Below, in pieces: positions 49,396-60,198 of a DNA stretch of 64,000 nucleotides (its first letter is position 1; each line of letters starts with the position of its first letter). Both the position numbers and the translations under genes were made by a program. The stretch spans positions 128,001 through 192,000 of the forward strand of contig CAWGLD010000005.1 in NCBI GenBank assembly GCA_963823335.1, given 5' to 3'. The notes beneath the pieces are model-generated. The model was not told the DNA's origin. It did not search any database and worked only from the letters and a program-made list of their open reading frames with translations. The stretch comes from an uncultured delta proteobacterium (GTDB lineage: Bacteria > Desulfobacterota > Desulfobacteria > Desulfobacterales > B30-G6).

Positions 49396-51765
49396 ATGAC
49401 AGCTAGTATGATCCTGGTCCTATGCATTTTAGCGACAGCGGTTGTTTTTCTGGTTTCGGAATGGCTGCCCATGGAGGTGGTGGCACTGCTTGTCCTGGGA
49501 AGCGTGGCGATAACCGGCCTGGTCGATCCGATAAGTGCTTTGGCCGGGTTCAGCAATCCTGCCGTGATTACGGTAGGCGCTGTATTCATTCTGAGCAGTG
49601 GGCTTACCAAGACAGGTGTTGCCAACTGGGTCGGCAAGATAGTGTTGAAACTGTCCGGCAAGAGTGAAGCATCTATTATCGGCGTGATTATGGTTAGCGC
49701 CGGCGTCATGTCCGCTTTTATGAATAACGTGGCCGTGGCGGCGCTGATGCTTCCGGTCATTATGGATATCTCCCGTCAAACCAACAATGCGCCATCCCGC
49801 TTGATGATGCCTCTGGCATATGGTTCGCTATTGGGGGGGCTGACCACTAAAATTGGTACACCGCCCAATCTCTTGGTGAGCGGTGTGTTGAGCGAAAACA
49901 ACCTTGAAGGGTTTGCATTGTTCGATTTTACACCGGTGGGTATTGTGGTCATGGGTTCAGGCGTCCTGTTTATGGTCCTGATAGGCCGTCATCTTCTGCC
50001 CCGTCGAAATATCTCGGAAATGGATCGCAGGGAGAGAGCCCTCGATTATGAAGCACAATACAAGCTCAAAGATCGAATTTATCAACTGAAGATCCCCCTT
50101 GGCTCTCAGCTGGCCGGAAAATCCATTGCCGAAACCCGGATGGGAACACTGCTGGGTTTCACGATTATCAGCATCACCCGGAATGATAAGACCCTGTTGT
50201 CGCCCTCACCATCCGAAACTCTTTCAATATCCGACATATTGACCGTTGAAGGTGGAAAGAAACAGATGCAAATCCTGGAGATGCTGGTTCGAAACTGGAA
50301 TACATTGAGTTTTCAGGTGACGGGAGATTTGTCTCAGTGGCTTTTCTCCAAAAAAACCAGGATGGCGGAAATACGATTGAAGCCGGAAACGGAACTGACG
50401 GCAACCACACTCAAGAAGGCACAGTTTCGTAATCGATTTCAGGTTGTGGTGATGGCCATCAAACGAAAGGATGAAATTTTTCGCACCCGGCTTCAGAATG
50501 TTGTGTTGCAGGCGGGAGATCTCCTCTTTGTTCAGGGAAGCCAGGCGAACATTGAGTCATTGAGCCATCAGCCCATGTTTGAGGAATTCCGATACAGTGA
50601 GCCGGATAGCATCTTGGACATGGTTCGTTCGGATAAAAACCTCATGGTGGTGGGTATTTCCAAAGATTCGGTTCTGCATGAACAGACCCTTGCTGAGAGT
50701 AGGCTCGGGGCTGCTCTCGGTATTCGTGTACTATCCATCAAACGTGGCGAGACTATCTTTAATTTACCCGACTCTGAGCATCAGCTGTTGTCCGGCGACG
50801 TTGTTCTGCTGGAGGGCAGTCCGGATGAATTGGATATTCTCAAACAGCTTTCCGAGCTTGAGGTTCTCCCATATGAAGCGTCGAATCTTGACTGGCTGGA
50901 AACGGAAGATGTCGGTATGGTCGAAGCGATCTTGCATCCTCACTCAACTCTGGCAGGAAAAACCCTGGGCGAGCTTCGGTTTCGTGAAAAATACGGCCTG
51001 AATGTCTTGTCCATATGGCGGGGAGGCAAGGCTTATCGATCTGAAAACTTAGGCGAAATGGCGATCCAGATTGGTGACGCGTTGCTGTTATATGGAAAGC
51101 GGGCAAAATTCAATCTTCTTGGGAGTGAACCGGACTTTATGGTACTGACGGAATCCGCTCAGGAAATTCCGGATTTTAAAAAAGCCAAATTGTCATTGGG
51201 TATCATGCTGGGAGTGCTTTTCCCGGTCTTGATGGGCTGGGTTCCCATTTATATTTCGGCATTATTCGGTGCGGCATTTATGGTGATTACCGGTTGTCTG
51301 ACCACGGAGGAAGCCCACCAGTCCATAGAATGGAAAGGTATTATTCTCATCGCGGGCATGCTGCCGCTGGGGTCGGCCCTTGATGCCACCGGGGCAGCCG
51401 CTTTTCTGGCCGACGGGGTCGTGACCCTGGTGGGACCTTTCGGGCCTGTGGCCGTGATGGGCGGGTTGATGGCGCTTACATTTCTTGCAACCTGCGTTAT
51501 TCCCACGGCCGCTTTGGTGGTTTTGCTGGGACCGATTGTACTGAATACGGCTGCAACCATGGGAATTTCACCCTATGCACTCATGATGGCCATTGCCATG
51601 GCAGCATCCTCAAGCTTTATGACCCCGATTTCCCACCCGGCCAATATTATGGTCATGGGGCCGGGCGGATACAGGTTCAGCGATTATTTAAAGGTTGGCG
51701 TACCCTTGACAATCACCGTTTTTGTCGTGCTGATGCTCGTTCTGCCACTCTTGTGGCCTTTTTAA
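49396..51765 (+). CDS. SLC13/CitMHS-type anion permease with multiple TrkA-C (RCK-C) domains
   Basis: SAFMNN, GTPPNL, four repeated LAG.T/S..E.R segments, FMTPISHPANIMVMGPGGYRFSDY. Confidence 0.88.
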   Translation: MTASMILVLCILATAVVFLVSEWLPMEVVALLVLGSVAITGLVDPISALAGFSNPAVITVGAVFILSSGLTKTGVANWVGKIVLKLSGKSEASIIGVIMVSAGVMSAFMNNVAVAALMLPVIMDISRQTNNAPSRLMMPLAYGSLLGGLTTKIGTPPNLLVSGVLSENNLEGFALFDFTPVGIVVMGSGVLFMVLIGRHLLPRRNISEMDRRERALDYEAQYKLKDRIYQLKIPLGSQLAGKSIAETRMGTLLGFTIISITRNDKTLLSPSPSETLSISDILTVEGGKKQMQILEMLVRNWNTLSFQVTGDLSQWLFSKKTRMAEIRLKPETELTATTLKKAQFRNRFQVVVMAIKRKDEIFRTRLQNVVLQAGDLLFVQGSQANIESLSHQPMFEEFRYSEPDSILDMVRSDKNLMVVGISKDSVLHEQTLAESRLGAALGIRVLSIKRGETIFNLPDSEHQLLSGDVVLLEGSPDELDILKQLSELEVLPYEASNLDWLETEDVGMVEAILHPHSTLAGKTLGELRFREKYGLNVLSIWRGGKAYRSENLGEMAIQIGDALLLYGKRAKFNLLGSEPDFMVLTESAQEIPDFKKAKLSLGIMLGVLFPVLMGWVPIYISALFGAAFMVITGCLTTEEAHQSIEWKGIILIAGMLPLGSALDATGAAAFLADGVVTLVGPFGPVAVMGGLMALTFLATCVIPTAALVVLLGPIVLNTAATMGISPYALMMAIAMAASSSFMTPISHPANIMVMGPGGYRFSDYLKVGVPLTITVFVVLMLVLPLLWPF

Positions 51766-51803
51766 ATTGTTTTTTGCACCACGTCCTTTTTTTGAGATGG
51801 CCT

Positions 51804-53522
51804 TTACTTAAAAAGACTCAGGAAATTAATGATTTTAATTGTGCCACCCTCCTTGTCCACGTCTTTAACCAGTGCAACGGCCGGGTTCCGAAACCCGGTA
51901 ACCACCTCTTTCCACACAATCGAATCGACCGTGAGAGAAATGTCCGGGTTGTCTGGAAATTTAGGCTGAATTTCTGCAACACCGTGGCGCACGTGCACGG
52001 TAAAGGCTTCTCCGGTATCGGGAAATCGAAAGCCGGCGATCATGTCCACGTCGGCGCTTTTATCAGGATTGAGGCTCACCGCCATACCCTCGAATAGACC
52101 TTCTAAAGTGATCCTGGAAAGTATTTTCCTGTCTTTGAGTTTCATCGTACCGATGTAAAGTTTGTTTTCTATTTCAAGAGCCTGGGTCAAATAGTAATTC
52201 CTGGCAGTCGATGCGATCTGCCGGTTGCCCAGGGATCTCAACGCCACAGCCTTGAGCTGGCGAACCTCTTCGGATTCCGGACTGATCCGCAGTAACTGAT
52301 CGGAAAGTTCCAGGGCCCACTGGTAATCCTTTTCGGCCACAGCCTGCCGGGTATGTGCCAGCAGATTTTGCTCACTTCCCGCCAGGGAAATGAATCGTCT
52401 GGCCTTCTCATCCGGGGACAGGGGAAAAAGATCGGTAGCGTTTCCGCCGAACCATCCGAGGTAACCGTCAAAAATAGCCCGTACCGACCACGACACCGTT
52501 CCATAATACTCCTTCAGATAGGGTTGTCGCACCAAGTGGGGAGGCAAGGTCACCTGTTGCGCAATTTCCAGGGGAGCCAGGCCCTGGTTTATCAGGCGTA
52601 TGGTCTGGTCGTGGACAAACTGGATGGCATCCCGATAATTGGTGAGGGTTTCGTGTACCGTGTCTGCGCCTGTGAGCGGTCTGGTATGATGCGGAACCAG
52701 ATACGCGGCTTTCAGTTCACGCATTGTATCCAGGCTTTTCACCCACTGGGTCACATCCCGGTAGGCGGTCCCGCGGATGGCATAAAGATTTGGAAAGGAT
52801 TTGTAGAAATTGTCGGCCGGCAGGAGTACCTTTTTTTGCGGCAGCCAGATAAAAATCTGGTCAGGCGTTTCTCCCGGGGCATGAACCAGAACCATCTCGA
52901 TGCCGGCGATCTCAAGTTCAAGGGGGGTCGAACCAAAAGTACGGGTGGGCGTTAATATCGCAAGGGTACTGTCCTCGTTAAACCGGAGTTCCGGCCCGAT
53001 ACCGCAATTTACAAGCCCGCCTTCAGGCAGCAGGGTTCCGAATTGGCGCATGGCCCGGCGATAGGTTGTATCCCGGGTGATATTCGCAATGCGATTCAAA
53101 TAATGTCCGGTGCTTTCATGGGAATACACTTCCGGGTCGTCATTACCGGCCATGACAGCGGCGCCACCTGTATGATCCGAATGAAAGTGCGTGTAGATGA
53201 TGCCCTTGACCGGCTTGGTGGAAATTTTGTCAAAAGCCTCTTTGACCGGAAGGGCAGCTTCAGCGCTTTCCATGGTGTCCACGATAACGACACCGTCATC
53301 GCCAACCAGCAGGACAGCGTTGGCGAGCCCGAACCCAACAGCCACATAAACACCGTCGGTAACTTCGATCACGTCTTGGGTGAATTCCGCTGAATGGGCG
53401 GCAAGATCCGGGTGGCTCTCGACCGCGGAATGCTCAGGGGGCTGAGATTGCGAGCAGGCCGCCACGACGATAAGCGCCATCATGCTGCAAAGCAGATGTG
53501 TCCAGGATTTTATTTTTCTCAT
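51804..53522 (-). CDS. Alkyl/aryl-sulfatase (SdsA1/BDS1-type metallo-beta-lactamase fold), probable lipoprotein
   Basis: THFHSDH, APGET, PNLYAIRG, EYYGTV, GWFGGN, RNYYL, SCP2-like C-terminus; lipobox-like VAAC. Confidence 0.88.
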   Translation of the reverse strand: MRKIKSWTHLLCSMMALIVVAACSQSQPPEHSAVESHPDLAAHSAEFTQDVIEVTDGVYVAVGFGLANAVLLVGDDGVVIVDTMESAEAALPVKEAFDKISTKPVKGIIYTHFHSDHTGGAAVMAGNDDPEVYSHESTGHYLNRIANITRDTTYRRAMRQFGTLLPEGGLVNCGIGPELRFNEDSTLAILTPTRTFGSTPLELEIAGIEMVLVHAPGETPDQIFIWLPQKKVLLPADNFYKSFPNLYAIRGTAYRDVTQWVKSLDTMRELKAAYLVPHHTRPLTGADTVHETLTNYRDAIQFVHDQTIRLINQGLAPLEIAQQVTLPPHLVRQPYLKEYYGTVSWSVRAIFDGYLGWFGGNATDLFPLSPDEKARRFISLAGSEQNLLAHTRQAVAEKDYQWALELSDQLLRISPESEEVRQLKAVALRSLGNRQIASTARNYYLTQALEIENKLYIGTMKLKDRKILSRITLEGLFEGMAVSLNPDKSADVDMIAGFRFPDTGEAFTVHVRHGVAEIQPKFPDNPDISLTVDSIVWKEVVTGFRNPAVALVKDVDKEGGTIKIINFLSLFK

Positions 53523-53571
53523 ATGGCAAAAAAAAGGTGATAAAATTAACTATACCCTACCATCTGGCCTG

Positions 53572-54390
53572 TCAATACAGGCCCTCTACTTCACGGCGGA
53601 AGAAAACAGCGATGACAATCACCGTAATGGTCGGGAATAAAATGATCAAAACCGCTGCAGCATTTACTGCCGGCGTGAAGGTAAAGCGCATGAGGCTGTA
53701 AAGGTACACGGGCAGTGTCAATTCGTGTCCGATCAGGAAGAAAGACAGCAAAAATTCCCCCATGGAGATCGTAAAACAAAAGAGCGCAGCGGCCAGGACG
53801 GAGGGAATTATCAACGGCAACGTGATGTCCAGAAAGGTTCGCAGCCGGGTTGCGCCAAGATCCATGGCAGCTTCTTCCATTTCGAGATCGAAGTTGAGCA
53901 ACCTGTCACGAATAACCATGACAGCAAAGGGCATAATAAAGGTCGTGTGACCTAAAATAGTGGGCCAGATTCCACCCGGGATACCCAGAAAGCGAAACCA
54001 GAGCAGGACCGAGATAGCCGAAACAACCCCGTAGGTGATAATTGCCAGGATGTTGAGAGTCTCGATCAATGATTTGCCTTTGAACTTGAATCTGACCAGG
54101 CCATAGGCCAGCCCGCCTCCGATGAGAGTCGAGAAAAAGGTTGCTACCAGCCCGATGAAGACCGAATTTTTAAGGGCTAGTATTAGTCTGGAATCATCAA
54201 AGGCTTTCTGGAACCAATGGAAGGTCAAGCCCTTCAGGGGCCAGGTCAGATATTCCGACGCGTTGAAAGCATAGAGCACCAGTACTGCCAACGGTAAAAA
54301 AATATAACAAAGGAACAGAATGAAATAAATCTGGAAAGCCTTGTCGCCCCAGTCCTTTACCAGCCAATCAGGCCAACGGGAGTCAGGCAT
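53572..54390 (-). CDS. Pot-type ABC permease (PotC-like)
   Basis: EEAAMDLGAT, TLPVYLYS, PAVNA. Confidence 0.9.
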   Translation of the reverse strand: MPDSRWPDWLVKDWGDKAFQIYFILFLCYIFLPLAVLVLYAFNASEYLTWPLKGLTFHWFQKAFDDSRLILALKNSVFIGLVATFFSTLIGGGLAYGLVRFKFKGKSLIETLNILAIITYGVVSAISVLLWFRFLGIPGGIWPTILGHTTFIMPFAVMVIRDRLLNFDLEMEEAAMDLGATRLRTFLDITLPLIIPSVLAAALFCFTISMGEFLLSFFLIGHELTLPVYLYSLMRFTFTPAVNAAAVLIILFPTITVIVIAVFFRREVEGLY

Positions 54391-55282
54391 ATTCGGCCTC
54401 CTTTCCCAGGCGGACAATTACGGCCGCCAGCATCAACAGGGCCAGAAAGACAACCACCGAAAGCGCACTGCCGGTGGTCCAGTTTGCGCCGCCCATGAAT
54501 GTTTCAAAGATCACCGAGGATATCATCAGCGTATTGGCGCCGCCTAACAACTGCGATGATAACACGTCCCCGAAGCTGGCCAGCAGTACCAGAACAACTC
54601 CGGACACGGTTCCGGAGCTGGTCAGCGGAATCGTTATCCTGATCAATGTTTGCAATTTATTGGCGCCAAGATCCTCGGAGGCCTCCAATAATTTATTGGG
54701 CACCTTGCCCAAACTGGCATAAAGCGGAAGGACCATATAAGGGGTATAGGTGTAGACCAGACCGAAGACAATGCCGGTTCCCGAATATAAAAACCGGATA
54801 GGAGTGTCGAAAAGGCCTAAGGACATCAGCGCCCAATTGAGAATCCCGCTTGAACCCAGAATAATCTTCCAGGCAAAGACGCGCAGAATCACACTGGTCC
54901 AAAATGGGATCAGGAGGGCCAGCAATAGCAAGCTGCCACGCCTGGTTATACGCGACAGATAATAGGCCACCGGATAGGAAATCAGCAGAGAGATGATCGT
55001 TGCCGTGGCGGCATAGCCGGCGGTTCGCATAAAGGCATTGCGATAAATCGGCTCGACGAGGACACGCAGATAGTTGTCAAACGTATAGTGGGGATGGGGA
55101 TCGAAGAAGGGCATGCTGGACAACAGACTGTACCGCAGGGCCACAAACATCGGAATCAGAAAGAAGAGGATCAACAGGATGGCAGCCGGACATATGGTGA
55201 GAATGGGAACGGTCAGTTCATCGAGTCGATCCCGCCACGGCAATGCCCGGTATGTGTTTGTTTGGACTGCGGATTCCTGCAT
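54383..55282 (-). CDS. Pot-type ABC permease (PotB-like)
   Basis: IPFWTSVILRVFAW, PYMVLPLY, LEASEDLGA. Confidence 0.9.
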   Translation of the reverse strand: MQESAVQTNTYRALPWRDRLDELTVPILTICPAAILLILFFLIPMFVALRYSLLSSMPFFDPHPHYTFDNYLRVLVEPIYRNAFMRTAGYAATATIISLLISYPVAYYLSRITRRGSLLLLALLIPFWTSVILRVFAWKIILGSSGILNWALMSLGLFDTPIRFLYSGTGIVFGLVYTYTPYMVLPLYASLGKVPNKLLEASEDLGANKLQTLIRITIPLTSSGTVSGVVLVLLASFGDVLSSQLLGGANTLMISSVIFETFMGGANWTTGSALSVVVFLALLMLAAVIVRLGKEAEYA

Positions 55283-55302
55283 TTGTCGACTCCCTGATTC
55301 CC

Positions 55303-55352
55303 GGAAGCAAGATGCGGTTTCTGATTATCTGAAACACACATCTTGCTTTCCA
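55303..55352 (-). other. Intercistronic stem-loop after the SBP gene
   Basis: GGAAGCAAGATG..GTTTC...GAAAC...CATCTTGCTTTCC. Confidence 0.65.
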
Positions 55353-55365
55353 GTATTGTAGCTCT

Positions 55366-56442
55366 TTATTTACCACGCACGTCCTGGTAGGCCCTCACCA
55401 TTTTTTCGGATGTTTCCGGTTTCAGGGTGGGGTACGGTACCAACCGTTTTGTTTCCTCATCGGAGTAGGTCATAATATCGGCCATTTCCTTTGGCAAGGC
55501 ACTGGCGGCTTCTGCATTGACTACCATATAGCCCATCTTCTTGATCATCTGGGAGGCAACTTTCGGAGATAGCATGTGATTGATCCATTTGTTGGCCGCA
55601 TCCTTGTGGGGGGCATCGGACATGATGCAGAATTGGTCGATCCAGGCCGCGGCCCCTTCTTTAGGAAGCACGAATTTCACCGGTTGCCCGTCGAGCTGCA
55701 TCTTGTGGACCATGCCGTCATCTGCCGACGTGAGCCATATTTCACCCGAAGCCAGGAGATTTTTCATTTCTTCAAGGCTTTCGATGCGCTTCAGCAACAG
55801 GGGATTTTGCTCGGCCAGCTTCTTCTTGATGGGGATCAGTTTGGCGTCGGTGTCGACATCGAGCTGGGTGATATCCATACCGAGATATTTGCCAACGGCA
55901 AAACAGGCATCCACGGGGTTCCGGGAAAAAGCGATACGGCCCTTATAACGCTCATCCCAGAGGGCACCCCAGGAAGTAGGCGCTTCCTTGACCAGGTCGG
56001 AACGATAGGCAATTCCCATGATCCCAAAAGTGTAAGGCACACTGTATTGCTTGCCATCGACCGTATTGTAATCCGCCTTTTTGAAACCTTCCGACAAGCC
56101 TTCATAGTTGGGAATCTTGCTCTTTTCAATGGGCGACAAGAGGCCGGCCTTGGCAAATCGTTGGATCATATGGTTACTGGGCTGAATGATATCGAGGCCC
56201 TTGTGCCCGGCCTGAATCTTGGACCACAGTTCCTCGTTGCCGTGATAGAATGTGCAATTTACCTTGATGCCATACTCTTCTTCGAAGGATTGGGTCGCAA
56301 AATCAGGGCAGTAGATACCCCAGGTCCAGATGTTGAGCTCTGTATCTTCAGCGGCCAACACTCCCTGCAATGGGAATAGTAGACCTAAGAGGAACAAAAA
56401 TACCGCCAACCTGACTGCGATTGAACATTTTGGGTGTTTCAT
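55366..56442 (-). CDS. PotD/PotF-family substrate-binding protein
   Basis: Signal peptide, LNIWTWGIY, DIIQPS, VPYTFG, PKEGAAAWID; RBS AAGGAG before ATG 56442. Confidence 0.9.
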   Translation of the reverse strand: MKHPKCSIAVRLAVFLFLLGLLFPLQGVLAAEDTELNIWTWGIYCPDFATQSFEEEYGIKVNCTFYHGNEELWSKIQAGHKGLDIIQPSNHMIQRFAKAGLLSPIEKSKIPNYEGLSEGFKKADYNTVDGKQYSVPYTFGIMGIAYRSDLVKEAPTSWGALWDERYKGRIAFSRNPVDACFAVGKYLGMDITQLDVDTDAKLIPIKKKLAEQNPLLLKRIESLEEMKNLLASGEIWLTSADDGMVHKMQLDGQPVKFVLPKEGAAAWIDQFCIMSDAPHKDAANKWINHMLSPKVASQMIKKMGYMVVNAEAASALPKEMADIMTYSDEETKRLVPYPTLKPETSEKMVRAYQDVRGK

Positions 56443-56612
56443 GATAGTCTCCTTCTCTTTGTAATGCTGCATAGGTCCTTGCCGGATTTTGATTTTTTCA
56501 GTCAGTCAAATTTTCTCTGTCCACCCCCTTTCAATTCGGATGTAAGGGTATTACCCACCGTCACTGTTTTTTCACAGATGGAAACCTTCGCCTGCAATAA
56601 GCGAAAGCCGGC

Positions 56613-57722
56613 TTACGTGTTTTCTGAACCCGTTATCTTTACGGCCAGCAGCGCTGCGTCTTTGGCAAACCAACCAATCCGTGTCTTGTCTCCAATCCGG
56701 AAATCAGCGGTAGATTTTGCATCCAAATCCGCTTTAAACTGGACCTTGTTGGGCAACTCGACGATGCAGCGTCGCATGGGTCCGGAATAGATCAAGTTAA
56801 TGATATGGGCCGGGTGTTGGGTGTCGCACCTGTCGGCACTTTCACCGAGCACGATCCTTTCCGGGCGGATACAGAGTGTGACCATCTCACCCACGTCAAA
56901 GCGGTCCGCTTTCTTGGCATGGAACACCAAACCGTCGGCTTCGATTTTGGAAGCGCTTTCTTCGTATCTATAAACCTTGCCGTCCAAAAAATTCGTGTCA
57001 CCGATGAAATCGGCGATAAACCGGGTTCGCGGGCGTTCATAGATCTCCTCGGCGGTGCCGATCTGTTCGATTTTGCCCTGGTTCATGATGGCGATCCGAT
57101 CGCACATATTGAGGGCTTCTTGTTGATCGTGGGTCACGTAGACAAACGTGGTGCCCAAGCGGCGCTGGATGTTTTTGATTTCGATCTGCATTTCCCGGCG
57201 TAGTTTAAGGTCAAGGGAACCCAGAGGTTCGTCAAATAAAACCACGCTGGGCTCAAGAATCAGGGCCCGGGCAAGGGCGACCCGTTGCTGTTGGCCACCA
57301 CTGAGTTGTTTCGGATACCGCTCCCCAAAGCCCTCTAAATGAACGACCTCCAGGGCATCAGCTACCCTGGCTCTGATCTCTTTGGCAGCTACTTTTCGGA
57401 TTTTTAAACCATAGGCCAAATTGGAGAAGACTGACATGTGAGGAAACAGTGCCAGATGCTGGAAAACCATCGTGGTGTTGCGACGATAAGCGGGCCGACG
57501 CCCCATCAGCTCATTCTGGAGATAGACCTCCCCTATATCAGGAATGATAAATCCCCCGATAATACGCATGGTAGTGGTTTTACCGGAACCGCTGGGGCCT
57601 AAAATACCAAAAAATTCACCCTTTTGAATGGCAAGAGAAACATCATGAAGCACCTGGTTGGGTCCGAAATAGTGCGAGATGTTGTGCAGCACACAATCGT
57701 ATGGGGTCTCATTTATCGCCAC
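56613..57722 (-). CDS. Pot-type ABC ATP-binding protein (PotA-like)
   Basis: [28 protein letters not shown]; likely GTG start at 57722 after AGGAAGG. Confidence 0.9.
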   Translation of the reverse strand: MAINETPYDCVLHNISHYFGPNQVLHDVSLAIQKGEFFGILGPSGSGKTTTMRIIGGFIIPDIGEVYLQNELMGRRPAYRRNTTMVFQHLALFPHMSVFSNLAYGLKIRKVAAKEIRARVADALEVVHLEGFGERYPKQLSGGQQQRVALARALILEPSVVLFDEPLGSLDLKLRREMQIEIKNIQRRLGTTFVYVTHDQQEALNMCDRIAIMNQGKIEQIGTAEEIYERPRTRFIADFIGDTNFLDGKVYRYEESASKIEADGLVFHAKKADRFDVGEMVTLCIRPERIVLGESADRCDTQHPAHIINLIYSGPMRRCIVELPNKVQFKADLDAKSTADFRIGDKTRIGWFAKDAALLAVKITGSENT

Positions 57723-57784
57723 ATGCTTTTCCTTCCTCACATAACTGATCCAAAAAAAAGTTTTCAGCAAGAGGTGTATGTTTA

Positions 57785-57960
57785 TTGACGACAGTGTGTG
57801 TGTATATCGGAAACACAGTAACGGAATAAACACTAAAATGTCAAGCAAAATAATTCCTCATTCTTGCCCTTTCCGGAAGCCAGGAAAATGATATTTTTTT
57901 GCTTGACATTTTTGCAAAAATCTCTGTATGAATGTTTCCTATCCGAATACAAAGCGTCAA
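57785..57960. promoter_or_regulatory. Mirror-image divergent sigma70-type promoters, each with a TGTTTCC operator-like motif
   Basis: Plus strand: GCTTGACATTTT..TATGAA-TGTTTCCTATCCGAATACA. Minus strand: GCTTGACATTTT..TACTG-TGTTTCCGATATACACA. Both have an 18-nt spacer. Confidence 0.6.
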
Positions 57961-58021
57961 CGATAAGCATACGATATTTTCTAACCCGACCTTGTACCCT
58001 AACGCGCCATGTGGAGGTTAT

Positions 58022-59887
58022 ATGAATACTGAAAAAATATTTGGAAGTCATGGCCGGCTGCTCAGAATTGACCTCACCCACCAGGTTGTTCAAACAGAAC
58101 AATTGCCCTTAAATGATTTGCGCCTTTATTTGGGCGGAAGAGGGCTGGGTGCTGCAATCATGCTCAGAGAACTTCCGGCCGGAATCGACCCCCTTGGCGA
58201 AGAGAACCTCCTCATTTTTTCTACGGGTCCTCTGGTAGACTCACCTGTTCCTGGGAGCAACCGGTATGTTTTGCACACGAAATCCCCCCAAACGGGTCTC
58301 TATTCCTTTTCCGTGTCAGGCGGCCGTTTTGGTGACATGCTGAAAAAAACGGGTAACGACGTGATCATCATCAAGGGAAAAGCCTCCAGGCCGGTTTATC
58401 TCTTTGTGAAAGATGATGGCCGGGTTGAATTCAAAGACGCGTCACACCTGTGGGGTAAGGATACCGAAAAGACCCAGGAAAGCATCTTGTCGGAAACCGA
58501 CCCGGATGCCAGGGTTACCTGTATCGGTCCCGCCGGGGAGAATCTTGTGCCCTATGCTTGTCTTATCAATGAGCGACGGGCACTGGGGCGTGGTGGTGCA
58601 GGTGCTGTCATGGGATCTAAAAATCTGAAAGCCGTGGCCGTGTTGGGCCGGACCAGTGTTACTTTGGCCGATTCCGAAACCATGAAAACGGCCATAAAAA
58701 ACGGCTATCAGGAGCTTAAACAGAATCCTATGACGGCGAAAATTCTGAAGACCTACGGCAGTTCGAATATGCTCCGGGGCCTGATGAACCACGGTGCGCT
58801 GCCCGGAAATAACTGGGCAGAGGCTGCTCTTGACGAAGCCGAGTCGATTACCGCCGAACAGATGCGGGAGCATTTCCATGTCAAGGATCTGGCCTGTTCG
58901 GCCGGATGCCCGGTCAAGTGCTCGAAGATGTTCGCGGTAAAAGAAGGGGACTATCGCGGTGCGCAAAGCGAGGGTCCTGATTACGAAACCGTTTATGCCT
59001 TTGGGTCCTGTTGCGGTGTTTACGACCTGGCGCCCATCATTAGGGCGGATGAACTTTGCGATCTGTTAGGTCTCGATACAATCAGTACCGGCGTAAGTAT
59101 TGCCTTTGCAATGGAATGCCTGGAAAAAGGCATCATCGATGCCGGTGATGCCGATGCGGGCGATCTGGCATTTGGAAATGCCAAGGCCATGCTCAAGCTT
59201 GTTGAAGATGTGGCTTACAAAAGAGGCTTTGGCGTGGTGGTGGCAGAAGGAACCCGTGCTATGGCAGGCCGTTTTGGACGTGATTCACACAAATTTGCCA
59301 TGCATGCCAAGGGCATGGAGCTGGGGGGCTACGATCCGAGGGGTATGAAAGGGATGGGGCTCGTTTATGCCTGCGGCCCGAGGGGCGGGTGCCACCATGC
59401 CGGCGGCTATACAGCCATTGCTGAAATGATGAACCCCCAGATAGACCGATTTTCAGAAAAGGGTAAGGCCCCACTTGTGGCCGGAACCCGAAACAGACGT
59501 GCTTCTCTTTGCGACTCAGGTCTCATCTGTGCTTTCGTGGCCATCGGGCTCAGCGATGAAACCGTAATCGGTATGCTAAACAGCGCCACCGGGTTCAATT
59601 ACCAGCCAAGTGATCTGCACACCATTGGAGACAGAATCAGCCAGATCGAAAGGGCTTTTAACTGCCGGGAAGGGCTGACACGTGGTGATGACGTGCTCCC
59701 TGAACGGTTGTTGTCAGAAAGTGTCACCCGCGGACCCAGTCAGGGAGGGAAAATGGAGGATTTTGAGGCCATGAAAGACGAGTTCTACACGCTGTGTGGC
59801 TGGGACCTCACTTCAGGTGCTCCTCTGGAAGAAAGACTAGAAGCACTGGATATCGGCTGGGTGAAAGACATTCTCAAAACAAAATAA
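58022..59887 (+). CDS. aor: Aldehyde:ferredoxin oxidoreductase (W/Mo-pterin AOR family)
   Basis: GGRGLG, KSPQTG, IGPAGE, GRGGAGAVMGSKNLKA, CSAGCPVKC, EGPDYET, GLDTIS, YDPRG, RGGCH. Confidence 0.92.
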   Translation: MNTEKIFGSHGRLLRIDLTHQVVQTEQLPLNDLRLYLGGRGLGAAIMLRELPAGIDPLGEENLLIFSTGPLVDSPVPGSNRYVLHTKSPQTGLYSFSVSGGRFGDMLKKTGNDVIIIKGKASRPVYLFVKDDGRVEFKDASHLWGKDTEKTQESILSETDPDARVTCIGPAGENLVPYACLINERRALGRGGAGAVMGSKNLKAVAVLGRTSVTLADSETMKTAIKNGYQELKQNPMTAKILKTYGSSNMLRGLMNHGALPGNNWAEAALDEAESITAEQMREHFHVKDLACSAGCPVKCSKMFAVKEGDYRGAQSEGPDYETVYAFGSCCGVYDLAPIIRADELCDLLGLDTISTGVSIAFAMECLEKGIIDAGDADAGDLAFGNAKAMLKLVEDVAYKRGFGVVVAEGTRAMAGRFGRDSHKFAMHAKGMELGGYDPRGMKGMGLVYACGPRGGCHHAGGYTAIAEMMNPQIDRFSEKGKAPLVAGTRNRRASLCDSGLICAFVAIGLSDETVIGMLNSATGFNYQPSDLHTIGDRISQIERAFNCREGLTRGDDVLPERLLSESVTRGPSQGGKMEDFEAMKDEFYTLCGWDLTSGAPLEERLEALDIGWVKDILKTK

Positions 59888-59972
59888 TTCTGTGGGCATC
59901 CTAAAAGTGTGAGCGATTGCTTGTGTGCTTTTTTCGACGGCATAAACCAACCTGCGATGAAAGGAGGTAGAT

Positions 59973-60185
59973 GTGACTACGTTCGTCAAGAAAAATCGAC
60001 AATGGTGGATTACGTGGTTAATTGTCTGGATCGTCATGTATCTGCTGGCAATTCTGATATATCCGGACGCCCCCTCGATTTGGTTTGGATGGCTGCCAAG
60101 TTCGGTGGTAACCACTTTCGGGTTGATGGTCGCTTCCCTGATCTTTGGATATCTATTTGCCAAACAGCGGTTCAGCCAGAAATAG
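59973..60185 (+). CDS. Small two-TM membrane protein, probable accessory partner of the Na+/solute symporter
   Basis: Two hydrophobic helices with FGWLP between them; GTG start after AAGGAGG; position upstream of an SSS gene. Confidence 0.7.
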   Translation: MTTFVKKNRQWWITWLIVWIVMYLLAILIYPDAPSIWFGWLPSSVVTTFGLMVASLIFGYLFAKQRFSQK

Positions 60186-60198
60186 TCCTGGTGTCAGT

